The notes: a model not told the origin generated them from the sequence alone. 64,000 nt of DNA from an uncultured virus (IMG/VR IMGVR_UViG_3300015608_001800) (IMGVR_UViG_3300015608_001800); one strand, 5' to 3'; counted from the first letter of the stretch, positions 1 to 8,038 are shown. Numbers and translations are program-made.

Positions 1-74
1 TAGACTTATCACTTTCATGATCGATAACCAAATCCATTTTTTGGTTATAGGTACGTTTCTTTTCAGAACCCCTA

Positions 75-710
75 TTACCAATCTGATTTTTTAACCATTT
101 CACGTTTTAAATCAGATATGATTTTAGTTATTATTTTTTTATCTTTTTCTAAAATTAATTCTAAATATTTAGGGTATAATTCTTTCAACTCCAATTCTAC
201 ATTTGCTTTAAAACTAGCATATTCTTCTGTTCGTTTACCTTTATATGGTAAAATATTTCCTTCAATATCAGAATATTCAACATATTCATCTTTAGGAGAA
301 TTAGAAATAAATGCAATACTCCTAATTATAAGCTTATTACTATCATTATAATTAATAAAGCCATATGTCTCACCATTTATGGTGCTAAATGTAGTTTTAA
401 ATGGTACTTGAATAGGTTTGTTTATTTTGTCTAAAGTTATGTCATATTTATATTTACCATTCTTACAACTAATACCAATAGTGATTGACTTACTATCTAT
501 CATACCTTTACCAATTACTTTACCAGTTTCAGCGTCTTTCATTTGAATAACATCATTAGCTGATTTAAACTCAGTAGCGAAAAAGCTAAGAGCATTACTA
601 TATAAATTAGCTTTAGTTAGAGTTGAGTCTGTTTGTATCACGTCTGAGATTGTTTGTCCAAAAATTCTCATTGATGTCATTAAAATTAGTGATAAAATCA
701 TTTTTTTCAT
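75..710 (-). CDS. Secreted/exported protein, DUF4468-like
   Basis: N-terminal signal peptide; FKSANDVIQMKDAETGKVIGKG resembles Bacteroidetes DUF4468 proteins; Bacteroidetes-type promoter upstream. Confidence 0.55.
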   Translation of the reverse strand: MKKMILSLILMTSMRIFGQTISDVIQTDSTLTKANLYSNALSFFATEFKSANDVIQMKDAETGKVIGKGMIDSKSITIGISCKNGKYKYDITLDKINKPIQVPFKTTFSTINGETYGFINYNDSNKLIIRSIAFISNSPKDEYVEYSDIEGNILPYKGKRTEEYASFKANVELELKELYPKYLELILEKDKKIITKIISDLKREMVKKSDW

Positions 711-733
711 ACTTATTTATTTTAAAGTTTACA

Positions 734-765
734 CAAAGGTACTAAATGTTTTTGAATTAAACAAA
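734..765 (-). promoter_or_regulatory. Bacteroidetes primary-sigma promoter
   Basis: Minus strand TTTG-N20-TACCTTTG matches the -33/-7 consensus TTTG/TAnnTTTG. Confidence 0.75.
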
Positions 766-766
766 T

Positions 767-847
767 TTATTTACGCTTTTTCTTAAAAAATTCGATAATT
801 GTGATTAATAACGTAATGATTTCAAGTGTGTTTTTTATTGTTTCCAT
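767..847 (-). CDS. 26-aa hydrophobic peptide METIKNTLEIITLLITIIEFFKKKRK
   Basis: Read manually; ATG..TAA, single hydrophobic helix plus basic tail. Confidence 0.4.
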   Translation of the reverse strand: METIKNTLEIITLLITIIEFFKKKRK

Positions 848-876
848 AATTTAAAAATAGAGTATTTTAATGTCTC

Positions 877-1026
877 TTAATATGAAATTATAGAAAATTG
901 AAAAGCTGACGGGTCACACTCTATTAGTTGTTCATTAACTTTTCTAATGTAAATATGACTACCTGGTTCAACTAAAAATTTAGCATTACGAGACTCCTTT
1001 AATATTTTACGGATTAATTTTTTCAC
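877..1026 (-). CDS. 49-aa protein with MKKLIRKILKE N-terminus
   Basis: Read manually; GTG start 4 nt after ATATTTAT motif (1031-1038). Confidence 0.45.
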   Translation of the reverse strand: MKKLIRKILKESRNAKFLVEPGSHIYIRKVNEQLIECDPSAFQFSIISY

Positions 1027-1050
1027 AATTATAAATATCCATAAAATAAA

Positions 1051-1073
1051 ATGGGGGACATTAAGTCCCCCAT
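1051..1073. terminator. Intrinsic terminator after TROVE gene
   Basis: ATGGGGGAC/GTCCCCCAT stem flanked by A/T runs. Confidence 0.75.
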
Positions 1074-1077
1074 ATTT

Positions 1078-2724
1078 TTAAGCTTGAGTTGCTTCTTCTA
1101 CCTTAGGTACTTCCACCTCTTTGGTTTCGATACTATCCCACGCGGAGATAATTTCGTTAGCGTAAAGGGCTTCCTTACCTGTCCATCCACCAAGAACAGC
1201 TCCTCTGTAGAGGTTTTCAGGTACAACAGAGTTGTTGTAGCCAGCTACTTGGACGGTGAAGACGTTAACCTTAGGGTTAACTTTTCTACGGTATTCTTGT
1301 ACCAACTTCAAAACGTCAATGTTACGGGTAGTACCGTGAACATACTCAGCATATTCCCTTGGGTTTACACCGTACAATCCACCGTGACCTGCTTGCATAT
1401 CACTGTAAATGAAGATTGTATCGTAGTGAGTCTTACTCTTGATAGCCTCGTTCAAGAAAATCCAAATACCGTTTTCAGTACCACCACCTTGAGCCTTACC
1501 TCTTTCACAAGTTTCCTTGAGTTGAGAGATAATACCGTCTCTTTTAGAAACAGGTTTTAAACTCAATCTATCACCGAATACACCAACATAACCTTCGTCA
1601 GAAGCTAATGCTGTGATGATGGAAGACAAGTTAGCGATTTCCGCTACGGCTGTCGTTCCGTATTCAGAGTTCATTTGACCCCAAGATGAACCAGAGTTGT
1701 CAGATAGACAAGCTACCTTACCCTTCAACTTAGGGAAGTTAGCCACAGAGATGTCAAGACACTCTTGTAAAGCGTCAAGAATCATTCCCTTGTGGTTAAT
1801 AGAAACCTTGTCGATTTCCTTGTATGCTGTGTAGTAACGGAATGGGAATTGCTTACCGTAAAGTACACCACCCTTAAGGTCTGTAAGAACCTTCTTAGCT
1901 GTTTCAACATCGTTGATTTCAGTGAAGATACCTCTCAAGTTTCTCAAAAGAGCCATGTGTGGAACCTTGATTGTGTCAAGAATTTCCTTCCATGTCTTAC
2001 CTTGAGACTTAAGGCTTTCCCATGTTTGTTCCGTTTCAGAAACAGCCACGTCACCCGTCTTCATCAACTCGTCAATAACTTCAGAGTGAGCGTGAGAGAT
2101 ACGAACCAAGTCAATTAATGACTTAGACTTGTACTTGTTGATTTGGTACCTGTTGAAGGTAGCCAACTTTTCAGCCCAAGCTCTCTTAACGATAGATGGT
2201 AAACCATTCTTAGAACCCTTCAAGAACATGTAGTAGTCGAATTGGTTCGTAATATCGTCAGGACGACCAACGATTTCCATACCAATCTTCTTCATCAAAC
2301 CTGGGTTTGCTTCGTTGAATTCAACCCTCTTTGGGTGTTGAGATGCTCTAACGAAAATAACCGCTGGGTTAAGTCTCATGAATAATTCATGACGTAATGT
2401 TCTAGCAAATTCAAGAGTAGCCTTGAAGTCGTAATCCAATGCTGCATCGATAGCCTTTGTGAAGACATCAGTTGTAGTTTCACTTGGATCAGTGTACACA
2501 CCAAGAACGTCATACTTACTCAAGTATGATAAGTTAGATGGTTTGTCGTGAGAACCTCTGTAATAAGATGGTTCACCGAAGATAGATGACGCTGCCACAA
2601 TACGTAATGTATCAAGTGGATTCAACGTGTAAGATGTTCCACCGTCAAAGTTTTGAACGGCCTTATCTTGGAAAGACTTGTGGTCTGCTGATGCTTTTGC
2701 TGAATGCTTACTGAATTTGCTCAT
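1078..2724 (-). CDS. Ro60/TROVE-domain RNA-binding protein with C-terminal vWA domain
   Basis: TROVE motifs (LIDLVRISH, MALLRNLR, QFPFRYYTAY) and vWA/MIDAS DNSGSS; likely start MSKFSKH at 2724 after GGAG. Confidence 0.9.
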   Translation of the reverse strand: MSKFSKHSAKASADHKSFQDKAVQNFDGGTSYTLNPLDTLRIVAASSIFGEPSYYRGSHDKPSNLSYLSKYDVLGVYTDPSETTTDVFTKAIDAALDYDFKATLEFARTLRHELFMRLNPAVIFVRASQHPKRVEFNEANPGLMKKIGMEIVGRPDDITNQFDYYMFLKGSKNGLPSIVKRAWAEKLATFNRYQINKYKSKSLIDLVRISHAHSEVIDELMKTGDVAVSETEQTWESLKSQGKTWKEILDTIKVPHMALLRNLRGIFTEINDVETAKKVLTDLKGGVLYGKQFPFRYYTAYKEIDKVSINHKGMILDALQECLDISVANFPKLKGKVACLSDNSGSSWGQMNSEYGTTAVAEIANLSSIITALASDEGYVGVFGDRLSLKPVSKRDGIISQLKETCERGKAQGGGTENGIWIFLNEAIKSKTHYDTIFIYSDMQAGHGGLYGVNPREYAEYVHGTTRNIDVLKLVQEYRRKVNPKVNVFTVQVAGYNNSVVPENLYRGAVLGGWTGKEALYANEIISAWDSIETKEVEVPKVEEATQA

Positions 2725-2754
2725 ATATTTCTCCTTTTTTTGTTTGTTATTAAA

Positions 2755-2790
2755 TAAAAAAGTCCCTACAATTTGACTCGTAGGGACTTT
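2755..2790 (-). terminator. Intrinsic terminator in TROVE leader
   Basis: AAAGTCCCTAC/GTAGGGACTTT stem followed by T-run on minus strand. Confidence 0.65.
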
Positions 2791-2870
2791 AGCCATAACA
2801 TCCTTAGTGGGGGGATTTATGGCCCAGGTCTCACTACCTCGACCTAAAAAATCAACGAGGTGTGGACAAT

Positions 2871-2955
2871 AAAGTACCTATTGAGTATTACCGATAAAAG
2901 TGTTTCGTTTTCAGGTATAATTGATGTAACTTCTATCACCGCTTCAAAGGTTTTT
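2871..2955 (-). ncRNA. Structured RNA A, Y-RNA candidate
   Basis: Ends pair (ACCUUUGA/UCAAUAGGU; GAUAGAAGU/ACUUUUAUC); shares UGAAGCGGU and UUACAUCAA-UUAUAC with RNA B; own promoter; adjacent to TROVE. Confidence 0.7.
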
Positions 2956-2957
2956 TA

Positions 2958-2986
2958 ATGGTATATTAAAAAATTAAATAAGTCAA
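2958..2986 (-). promoter_or_regulatory. Sigma70-like promoter for RNA A
   Basis: TTGACT-N17-TACCAT. Confidence 0.6.
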
Positions 2987-3115
2987 TACATATTATTTAA
3001 ATAATTTAACTATTTCAATCAACTTAAAATGGCACGGCTTATGATAATTTAAAAATGGGAATTTTTTATAATAATATTTTTAGTTTTTTATTAGTTAATG
3101 AAATATTTATAATAT

Positions 3116-3262
3116 ATGGGAAGAAAAAAGAAATATATCACGGAAGAGGATAAATATGAAGCTCAAAAAAAATGGGCAATGGAATATTATTGGCGAAATA
3201 AAGAAACAATAAAAAAGAAAAATCTAAAAAAATATCATGAAAAGAAAAACTGGAATATATAA
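3116..3262 (+). CDS. Small basic protein (MGRKKKYITEEDKYEAQKKWAMEYYWRNKE...) upstream of GIY-YIG
   Basis: Read manually; follows ATATTTAT and overlaps start of GIY-YIG gene. Confidence 0.5.
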   Translation: MGRKKKYITEEDKYEAQKKWAMEYYWRNKETIKKKNLKKYHEKKNWNI

Positions 3263-3863
3263 AATTAAAAACTTAATTAACAATAAAGTTTATATTGGTA
3301 GTTCTGTTGACATTGATAAAAGGTGGAAACTTCATAAAGATAGTTTAATACAAAACAAACACCACTCCATATTATTACAGAGAAGTTTTAATAAACATGG
3401 AAAAGATAACTTTATTTATGATATTATTGAGGAATGTGAAAAAGAAATATTAATCGAACGAGAACAATATTGGATTGATACATTAGATTCATATAATAAC
3501 GGTTATAATATATTACCAAAGGCTGGTAGTTGTTTAGGCAATAAAGTTTCTGACGAAACTAAAAGAAAAATGAGTATCATTAAACTAGGTAGTAATAATC
3601 CTAATTATGGTAAAAATCATAGTTATGAAACTAAAAGAAAAATGAAAAATAAATTAGAGGGTGAAAATAATCCAGCTACTAATTTAACTAATAATGTTAT
3701 AAATGATATAAGAGATTTATACTTAAAAGGAAAAAAGATATCAGATTTAATTGAAATTTTTAATGTTAAAGAATTAACATTAAGACGTATAGTTAATAAC
3801 AAAACATGGAAAGATGAAAAATATAATATCTTATTAACTAAACACAAAAATAAAATATTTTAA
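3237..3863 (+). CDS. GIY-YIG homing endonuclease with NUMOD3 repeats
   Basis: GIYKIKN...VYIGSS, EREQYWID, HS.ETK.KM motifs. Confidence 0.9.
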   Translation: MKRKTGIYKIKNLINNKVYIGSSVDIDKRWKLHKDSLIQNKHHSILLQRSFNKHGKDNFIYDIIEECEKEILIEREQYWIDTLDSYNNGYNILPKAGSCLGNKVSDETKRKMSIIKLGSNNPNYGKNHSYETKRKMKNKLEGENNPATNLTNNVINDIRDLYLKGKKISDLIEIFNVKELTLRRIVNNKTWKDEKYNILLTKHKNKIF

Positions 3864-3869
3864 AGATTA

Positions 3870-4138
3870 CTTAGATTACCTGAGAATGTCTCAGAATAAT
3901 GGTTGCTCTCTAACGGTAGCGAACCGTGTAATTTTAGAGATTACAATCTCGAAACTTTTTAGAGTAGTTACCAACTCGACAATTTTAGAGTTATATCAAA
4001 CTCCGTGGCCAATGTTTAAAGTGAAGTACCACGATAGTCACCTTTGTTAGACGTGCGCCTTTTGGGTTTTTGTCTAACGTTTCTGAATCATAGTTGTATA
4101 ATTTGATGTAATTAATCCAACCGCTTCAGGTATCTAAG
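3870..4138 (-). ncRNA. Structured RNA B (~270 nt), Y-RNA candidate with tRNA-like T-arm
   Basis: Terminal stem CUUAGAU-ACCUGA/UCAGGU-A-AUCUAAG; motifs shared with RNA A; internal ACGG-UUCGCUA-CCGU and three tandem GAG..CUC-UAAAA hairpins. Confidence 0.7.
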
Positions 4139-4165
4139 AATCAGTATTTTCAAGAACGTTTGTTA

Positions 4166-4194
4166 ATCTTAAGTATAAAAAGTCTTTCTGTCAA
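4166..4194 (-). promoter_or_regulatory. Sigma70-like promoter for RNA B
   Basis: TTGACA-N17-TAAGAT. Confidence 0.6.
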
Positions 4195-4227
4195 TACGCT
4201 TTTAAAACTTTTTTTTACTTTTTTTTG

Positions 4228-4256
4228 TAGTCCCGATAGGAATCGAACCTATATCG
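4228..4256 (-). pseudogene. 3' half of a split tRNA
   Basis: CGAT-ATAGG-TTCGATT-CCTAT-CGGGACT-A; acceptor strand pairs with 4741-4767. Confidence 0.75.
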
Positions 4257-4304
4257 GATAGATTTTTTAAATCTATCCATATATTTATCTAAAAACCACT
4301 AACA

Positions 4305-4706
4305 ATGAATACTAAAATTTGTCCTACTTGTCAAGAAGAAAAAGATATTAAAGATTTTTACCAAAAAAAAGACAGAAAAAAAGGCGCATCATCTTGTAAA
4401 ATATGTTTTAATAAATACTGTACTGAACGTTCAATACAGAAGAAAATAGATGCTATAATATATAAAGGTTCTAAATGTAATGATTGTGATATTTCATACC
4501 CAAAATACCCATACGTCATATTTGATTTCCACCACACCAACCCAACCAATAAAGATTTTGATTGGAGTAAAATGCGATTAATCTCTAAGGAAAGGATGTT
4601 ATCTGAATTAGATAAATGTGATTTACTTTGTTCTAATTGTCATAGAATAAGACATCATAAAGAATTAGTAGCCCCACAGGGAATCGAACCCCAATCGAAA
4701 GTTTAG
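4305..4706 (+). CDS. HNH endonuclease with Zn ribbons
   Basis: CxxC pairs, FDFHH...KCDLLCSNCHRIRH; stop lies antisense inside tRNA-Arg. Confidence 0.85.
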   Translation: MNTKICPTCQEEKDIKDFYQKKDRKKGASSCKICFNKYCTERSIQKKIDAIIYKGSKCNDCDISYPKYPYVIFDFHHTNPTNKDFDWSKMRLISKERMLSELDKCDLLCSNCHRIRHHKELVAPQGIEPQSKV

Positions 4707-4740
4707 AAAACTTTTGTTTTATCCGTTAAACTATAGGGCC
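4669..4740 (-). tRNA. tRNA-Arg(UCU)
   Basis: Full cloverleaf: GGCCCTA/TGGGGCT acceptor, AAAGT-TTTCTAA-ACTTT anticodon arm, GGTTCGATTCC T arm; no encoded CCA. Confidence 0.85.
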
Positions 4741-4767
4741 ATGCTCTATCCATTGAGCTACGGAACC
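4741..4767 (-). pseudogene. 5' half of a split tRNA
   Basis: GGTTCCG-TA-GCTC-AATGGATA-GAGC-AT (acceptor plus D arm), abutting the tRNA-Arg 5' end. Confidence 0.75.
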
Positions 4768-4778
4768 GATTGTTTTTA

Positions 4779-4807
4779 ATTATAGTAATAATTATCGTTT
4801 TAATCAA
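4779..4807 (-). promoter_or_regulatory. Sigma70-like promoter upstream of split tRNA/tRNA-Arg
   Basis: TTGATT-N17-TATAAT. Confidence 0.5.
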
Positions 4808-4808
4808 G

Positions 4809-4907
4809 TAGTCCTAGAGGGATTCGAACCTGTAAGAACTCTTTTTATTCTTCGCTCTAATTACTGTATTTCATTAGCCACGACTTTACCAATTCTGCCA
4901 CCTGACT
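4809..4907 (-). pseudogene. Chimeric/degenerate tRNA-like element
   Basis: AGTCAGGTGGCAGAATTGGTA...ACAGGTTCGAATCCCTCTAGGACTA; acceptor and T stems mismatched, no regular anticodon arm. Confidence 0.6.
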
Positions 4908-5547
4908 AAATACTTCTTCCTTTATACCAACCATCACAAATATAATCATTTATTTCTTCTTTTTTAATTTTTTTATTTTCTTTTCCATTTGTAATCCAAC
5001 AAGTACCATATGAAGGGTTTTTTTCACCTATATACATACCTTTTTTCACTTCACTCATCTTTTTTTTTGTTTCTTCACTGTGATTTTTACCTTCGAATGT
5101 GTTGTAATTTATTTTACCAAGTAAATGATTTTTTTTAAGATTATCTAATAATAATTTTTTTATTTTGTCACGATAATCACTATCTATTAACCATTTATTT
5201 TTTTGGTATTTTGAAGCACCAATTTTAAGATTTTTTCTATGTATATCATTTACAACACCCCCTTCACCACCTTTTTTAAGATTCATTGATAAAGAATCTT
5301 TTAACAACTCTTCATTAACTAATTCTTTCTCTCTTTCAATTAAAGATTTTCTATCAGAAAAAAATTCTAAAATTTCGAACTTAAAATTTTCTTTCCCATG
5401 TTTATTTAAAGAACGTCTTAATCTTTTCCCGCTACCCATGTAACCATCTTCAAGGTTATCCGTACTGTGCATCCCTATGTAATACTTATCATTTTTAAGA
5501 TTTGTGGTCTTATAAATGTAGTGATATTTTTTTTGTTTTCTGGCCAT
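4906..5547 (-). CDS. GIY-YIG (Seg-like) homing endonuclease
   Basis: YIYKTTN...YYIGMHST...GYMGSG, NUMOD3, C-terminal WITNG...GW.KGR. Confidence 0.9.
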   Translation of the reverse strand: MARKQKKYHYIYKTTNLKNDKYYIGMHSTDNLEDGYMGSGKRLRRSLNKHGKENFKFEILEFFSDRKSLIEREKELVNEELLKDSLSMNLKKGGEGGVVNDIHRKNLKIGASKYQKNKWLIDSDYRDKIKKLLLDNLKKNHLLGKINYNTFEGKNHSEETKKKMSEVKKGMYIGEKNPSYGTCWITNGKENKKIKKEEINDYICDGWYKGRSI

Positions 5548-5596
5548 AATTGTACTTTAACAATAAATATCATCAAAGTACAAAAACGACCCCAGG

Positions 5597-5668
5597 TACT
5601 CCCAACGGGAATCGAACCCGTGTTTTAACCTTGAAAGGGTTACGTCCTTACCCCTAGACGATGGGAGC
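5597..5668 (-). tRNA. tRNA-Glu(UUC)
   Basis: GCTCCCA/TGGGAGT acceptor, TAACC-CTTTCAA-GGTTA anticodon arm, canonical T arm. Confidence 0.92.
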
Positions 5669-5697
5669 AAAAAAAAATCCGACTTTTAGGTCGGATT
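5669..5697 (-). terminator. Attenuator terminator immediately upstream of tRNA-Glu
   Basis: AATCCGAC-CTAAAA-GTCGGATT then T-run ending at tRNA nucleotide 1. Confidence 0.8.
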
Positions 5698-5720
5698 CTT
5701 ATATTATCTTTCAGTAATTA

Positions 5721-5792
5721 TTAGACAATAGTTAGACATCCAACCTCTCGATTAGCTTCCTCTCTTCTCTCTATTCTAATTACTGTGTTCAT
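5721..5792 (-). CDS. Putative leader peptide MNTVIRIERREEANREVGCLTIV
   Basis: Read manually; AGA/GAG/GAA-rich run; lies between promoter motifs (5814-5833) and terminator. Confidence 0.7.
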   Translation of the reverse strand: MNTVIRIERREEANREVGCLTIV

Positions 5793-5813
5793 TGTGTTAA
5801 TTTTGTGTTTGTT

Positions 5814-5833
5814 ATAAATATGATACAAAGGTA
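5814..5833 (-). promoter_or_regulatory. Tandem TACCTTTG and ATATTTAT promoter motifs for tRNA leader
   Basis: TACCTTTG at 5826-5833, ATATTTAT at 5814-5821. Confidence 0.6.
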
Positions 5834-5851
5834 CTAAAATTTTATTACTTG

Positions 5852-7075
5852 TCAAGTTTTTTCTTCATTTTTTTCATCTAAAACTAAAGAAGCTACTCTT
5901 AAAGCCTTTCTTTTAAATCCTTCAGCCTTTTTATGGAACCTTTTTTCGAAGAATTTAAAGAAAACTCTTGGATCCTCTTTCGCTTTAGGTGGTACTACAT
6001 CCATAAATTTACCTTTATACATCCCACTCTTAGTTAATTCTTGGTTCAAAGCTTGTAATGTTAAATCCCAACCGTCAATAAGATGTTTCATACCTGCTTT
6101 AGGATCTCTCTCCATTTTGATTGGTACCATTCCTCTAGCCTTTCTTCCAATTTGTCTACCTAAATCTTCCAACATACCAAAAAGACCAACATCTTTGTAT
6201 TTAAAACTACTAATAAATTCGTCAGCATCAAAATCTTCTAACATTTTTATTTCTTTCCACACACCAGATTCCTTTAATGCTTTCATAAATTCTTCCTGTG
6301 TTGTTACCCCCTTCTTTTCCATTTCATAATAAAGCTGAGTAATTCTTGCATTTATTTCGAAAGATAAGTGTAGATAAAGTATATGAAGAAAATCATTCCA
6401 TTGTGGATATTTTTGGTCCTTCATCATTTTAGCTGCAGCATTTAAGAAAGTTTCACGTCCCATGAACGGGTCTTCAGTTTTCTTATATCTCATGTAAATT
6501 TCATAAGCATGAGTCATTTCATGAGCAATTACTGGTTTAAGTAAAGTTCTAAATTTATCAGTATCTAAGTTATCTAACCAAGAATGTGGTAAATAACATT
6601 TAAATGTGAATTCTTGTCCTGTGAATACAATATTAGACCCACCCAATTTAGCTAATTTAATGGTAGATGGAGCCCAACCATGACTAGCGTCAGCAATTTC
6701 TTTACCACCAAGTTCAGCTTTCCATAAACTATCGGGGAAAAATATTAAAGTCACCCCTATTGATGGTTGATACATCGGGAAACTTTTAAAATTAGGGTCA
6801 TTCAATAAATCTTTTAAATCTGAATATCCACCCAATTTAAGAGTCCAATTCATAACTTCTTTACCATCCATAGATGCTTTACCACGATAGGCCGTAGAAT
6901 GAACTTCTTTTTTAGACTCAGGATCAACATAATCTATTTCACTTTCCTCAATTTCTTCTTGGTTGGTGATTCCTTTTGCCATACCAGTTACAATATATGA
7001 GAATATATCCACCCATCTATCAATGGATTTCGGTACCCCCATAACTTCATTAATTAGGTCTTTCTTTTTCATCAA
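5852..7075 (-). CDS. Hypothetical protein with HExxH zincin-like motif
   Basis: IAHEMTHAY...EINA. Confidence 0.55.
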   Translation of the reverse strand: MMKKKDLINEVMGVPKSIDRWVDIFSYIVTGMAKGITNQEEIEESEIDYVDPESKKEVHSTAYRGKASMDGKEVMNWTLKLGGYSDLKDLLNDPNFKSFPMYQPSIGVTLIFFPDSLWKAELGGKEIADASHGWAPSTIKLAKLGGSNIVFTGQEFTFKCYLPHSWLDNLDTDKFRTLLKPVIAHEMTHAYEIYMRYKKTEDPFMGRETFLNAAAKMMKDQKYPQWNDFLHILYLHLSFEINARITQLYYEMEKKGVTTQEEFMKALKESGVWKEIKMLEDFDADEFISSFKYKDVGLFGMLEDLGRQIGRKARGMVPIKMERDPKAGMKHLIDGWDLTLQALNQELTKSGMYKGKFMDVVPPKAKEDPRVFFKFFEKRFHKKAEGFKRKALRVASLVLDEKNEEKT

Positions 7076-7084
7076 TTATAAATA

Positions 7085-8038
7085 TCAAGAAAAATTGATT
7101 GATGACCTTAAACCTTCTAATATTTCCTTTTCTTCATCATTTATTTCTTTAGGTATTTTAGGTGTTAATTTAACATATAAATCACCAACGATACCCGTTT
7201 CATCATCAGTCAACCCCAAACCTTTTAATCTAACAACTTTATTAGCTTCACAATTAGAAGGTACAGTTATCTTATATCGACCACCCAAAGTATCTATTTC
7301 AATATCTTTACCTAAAATCATATCGATAAAAGGTATTTCTTCCTTTTTATTGATGTTAAGTCCATCTAATTCAAATATTGGGTGTGGTAAGACATTAATT
7401 GTAAAGAAAACATCTCCTCTATTAGCTCCAGGAACATCATTACCAGCGTTTGTAACTATAAATTTAACACCACTTAATGTACCCTTAGGTATGTCTAAAT
7501 CTACCGATTCTGTTTGCACTGTAGTACCTCTACCATGACAAGTACCACAATTCTTTATCCTCATTTGTCCACTACCACCACAATTACTACACATTGTAAT
7601 TGTTTGAGCCCCGAATCTTGGGTTGAATGAAATAAAAACACCTTGTCCTTTACAAGCTTGACACGCAGTAGTCTCACCACCTTTTCCATTACAAGTCCCA
7701 CATAATCTATCAGCGTTGAAGATTATTTTCTTTTTAACCCCACTGAACACCTCTTCAACCGATATGTCTATAATTAAATTTGATGGTCTAGCTTTCATCC
7801 TAAAATTTTGATGACCAAACGGGTTTTGGAAAGGATTTCCTTGTGGTTGTTCTGGTTGGGGTTGTTTCTTACCCGATAATATCTCATAAGCTTCGTTAAT
7901 TTCTTTGATTTTAACTTCAGCCTCTGCGGACTTATTACGGTCAGGATGCCATTCTAAAGCCTTCTTTTTCCATGCTTTTTTAATTTCTTCTTGGGTAGCT
8001 CCAGGTTTAACCCCTAACAAATCGTAATATTTATTCAT
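7085..8038 (-). CDS. dnaJ: DnaJ chaperone
   Basis: J domain with HPD, four CxxCxGxG repeats, C-terminal domain. Confidence 0.93.
   Translation of the reverse strand: MNKYYDLLGVKPGATQEEIKKAWKKKALEWHPDRNKSAEAEVKIKEINEAYEILSGKKQPQPEQPQGNPFQNPFGHQNFRMKARPSNLIIDISVEEVFSGVKKKIIFNADRLCGTCNGKGGETTACQACKGQGVFISFNPRFGAQTITMCSNCGGSGQMRIKNCGTCHGRGTTVQTESVDLDIPKGTLSGVKFIVTNAGNDVPGANRGDVFFTINVLPHPIFELDGLNINKKEEIPFIDMILGKDIEIDTLGGRYKITVPSNCEANKVVRLKGLGLTDDETGIVGDLYVKLTPKIPKEINDEEKEILEGLRSSINFS

Noticed and set aside
1051..2118. Plus-strand ORFs 1051-1560 and 1792-2118 and similar antisense ORFs elsewhere
   Set aside because: Shadows of well-supported minus-strand genes, with no motifs.
3931..3995. Three TTTTAGAG repeats reminiscent of the start of a type II CRISPR repeat
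   Set aside because: Period is only ~25-27 nt with 8-nt identity and no cas operon; better explained as hairpin units in RNA B.
4700..4716. Possible amber-suppressor (CUA) reading of the tRNA anticodon loop, implying a recoded genome
   Set aside because: The 7-nt loop TTTCTAA places TCT at 34-36, and genes translate full-length in the standard code.
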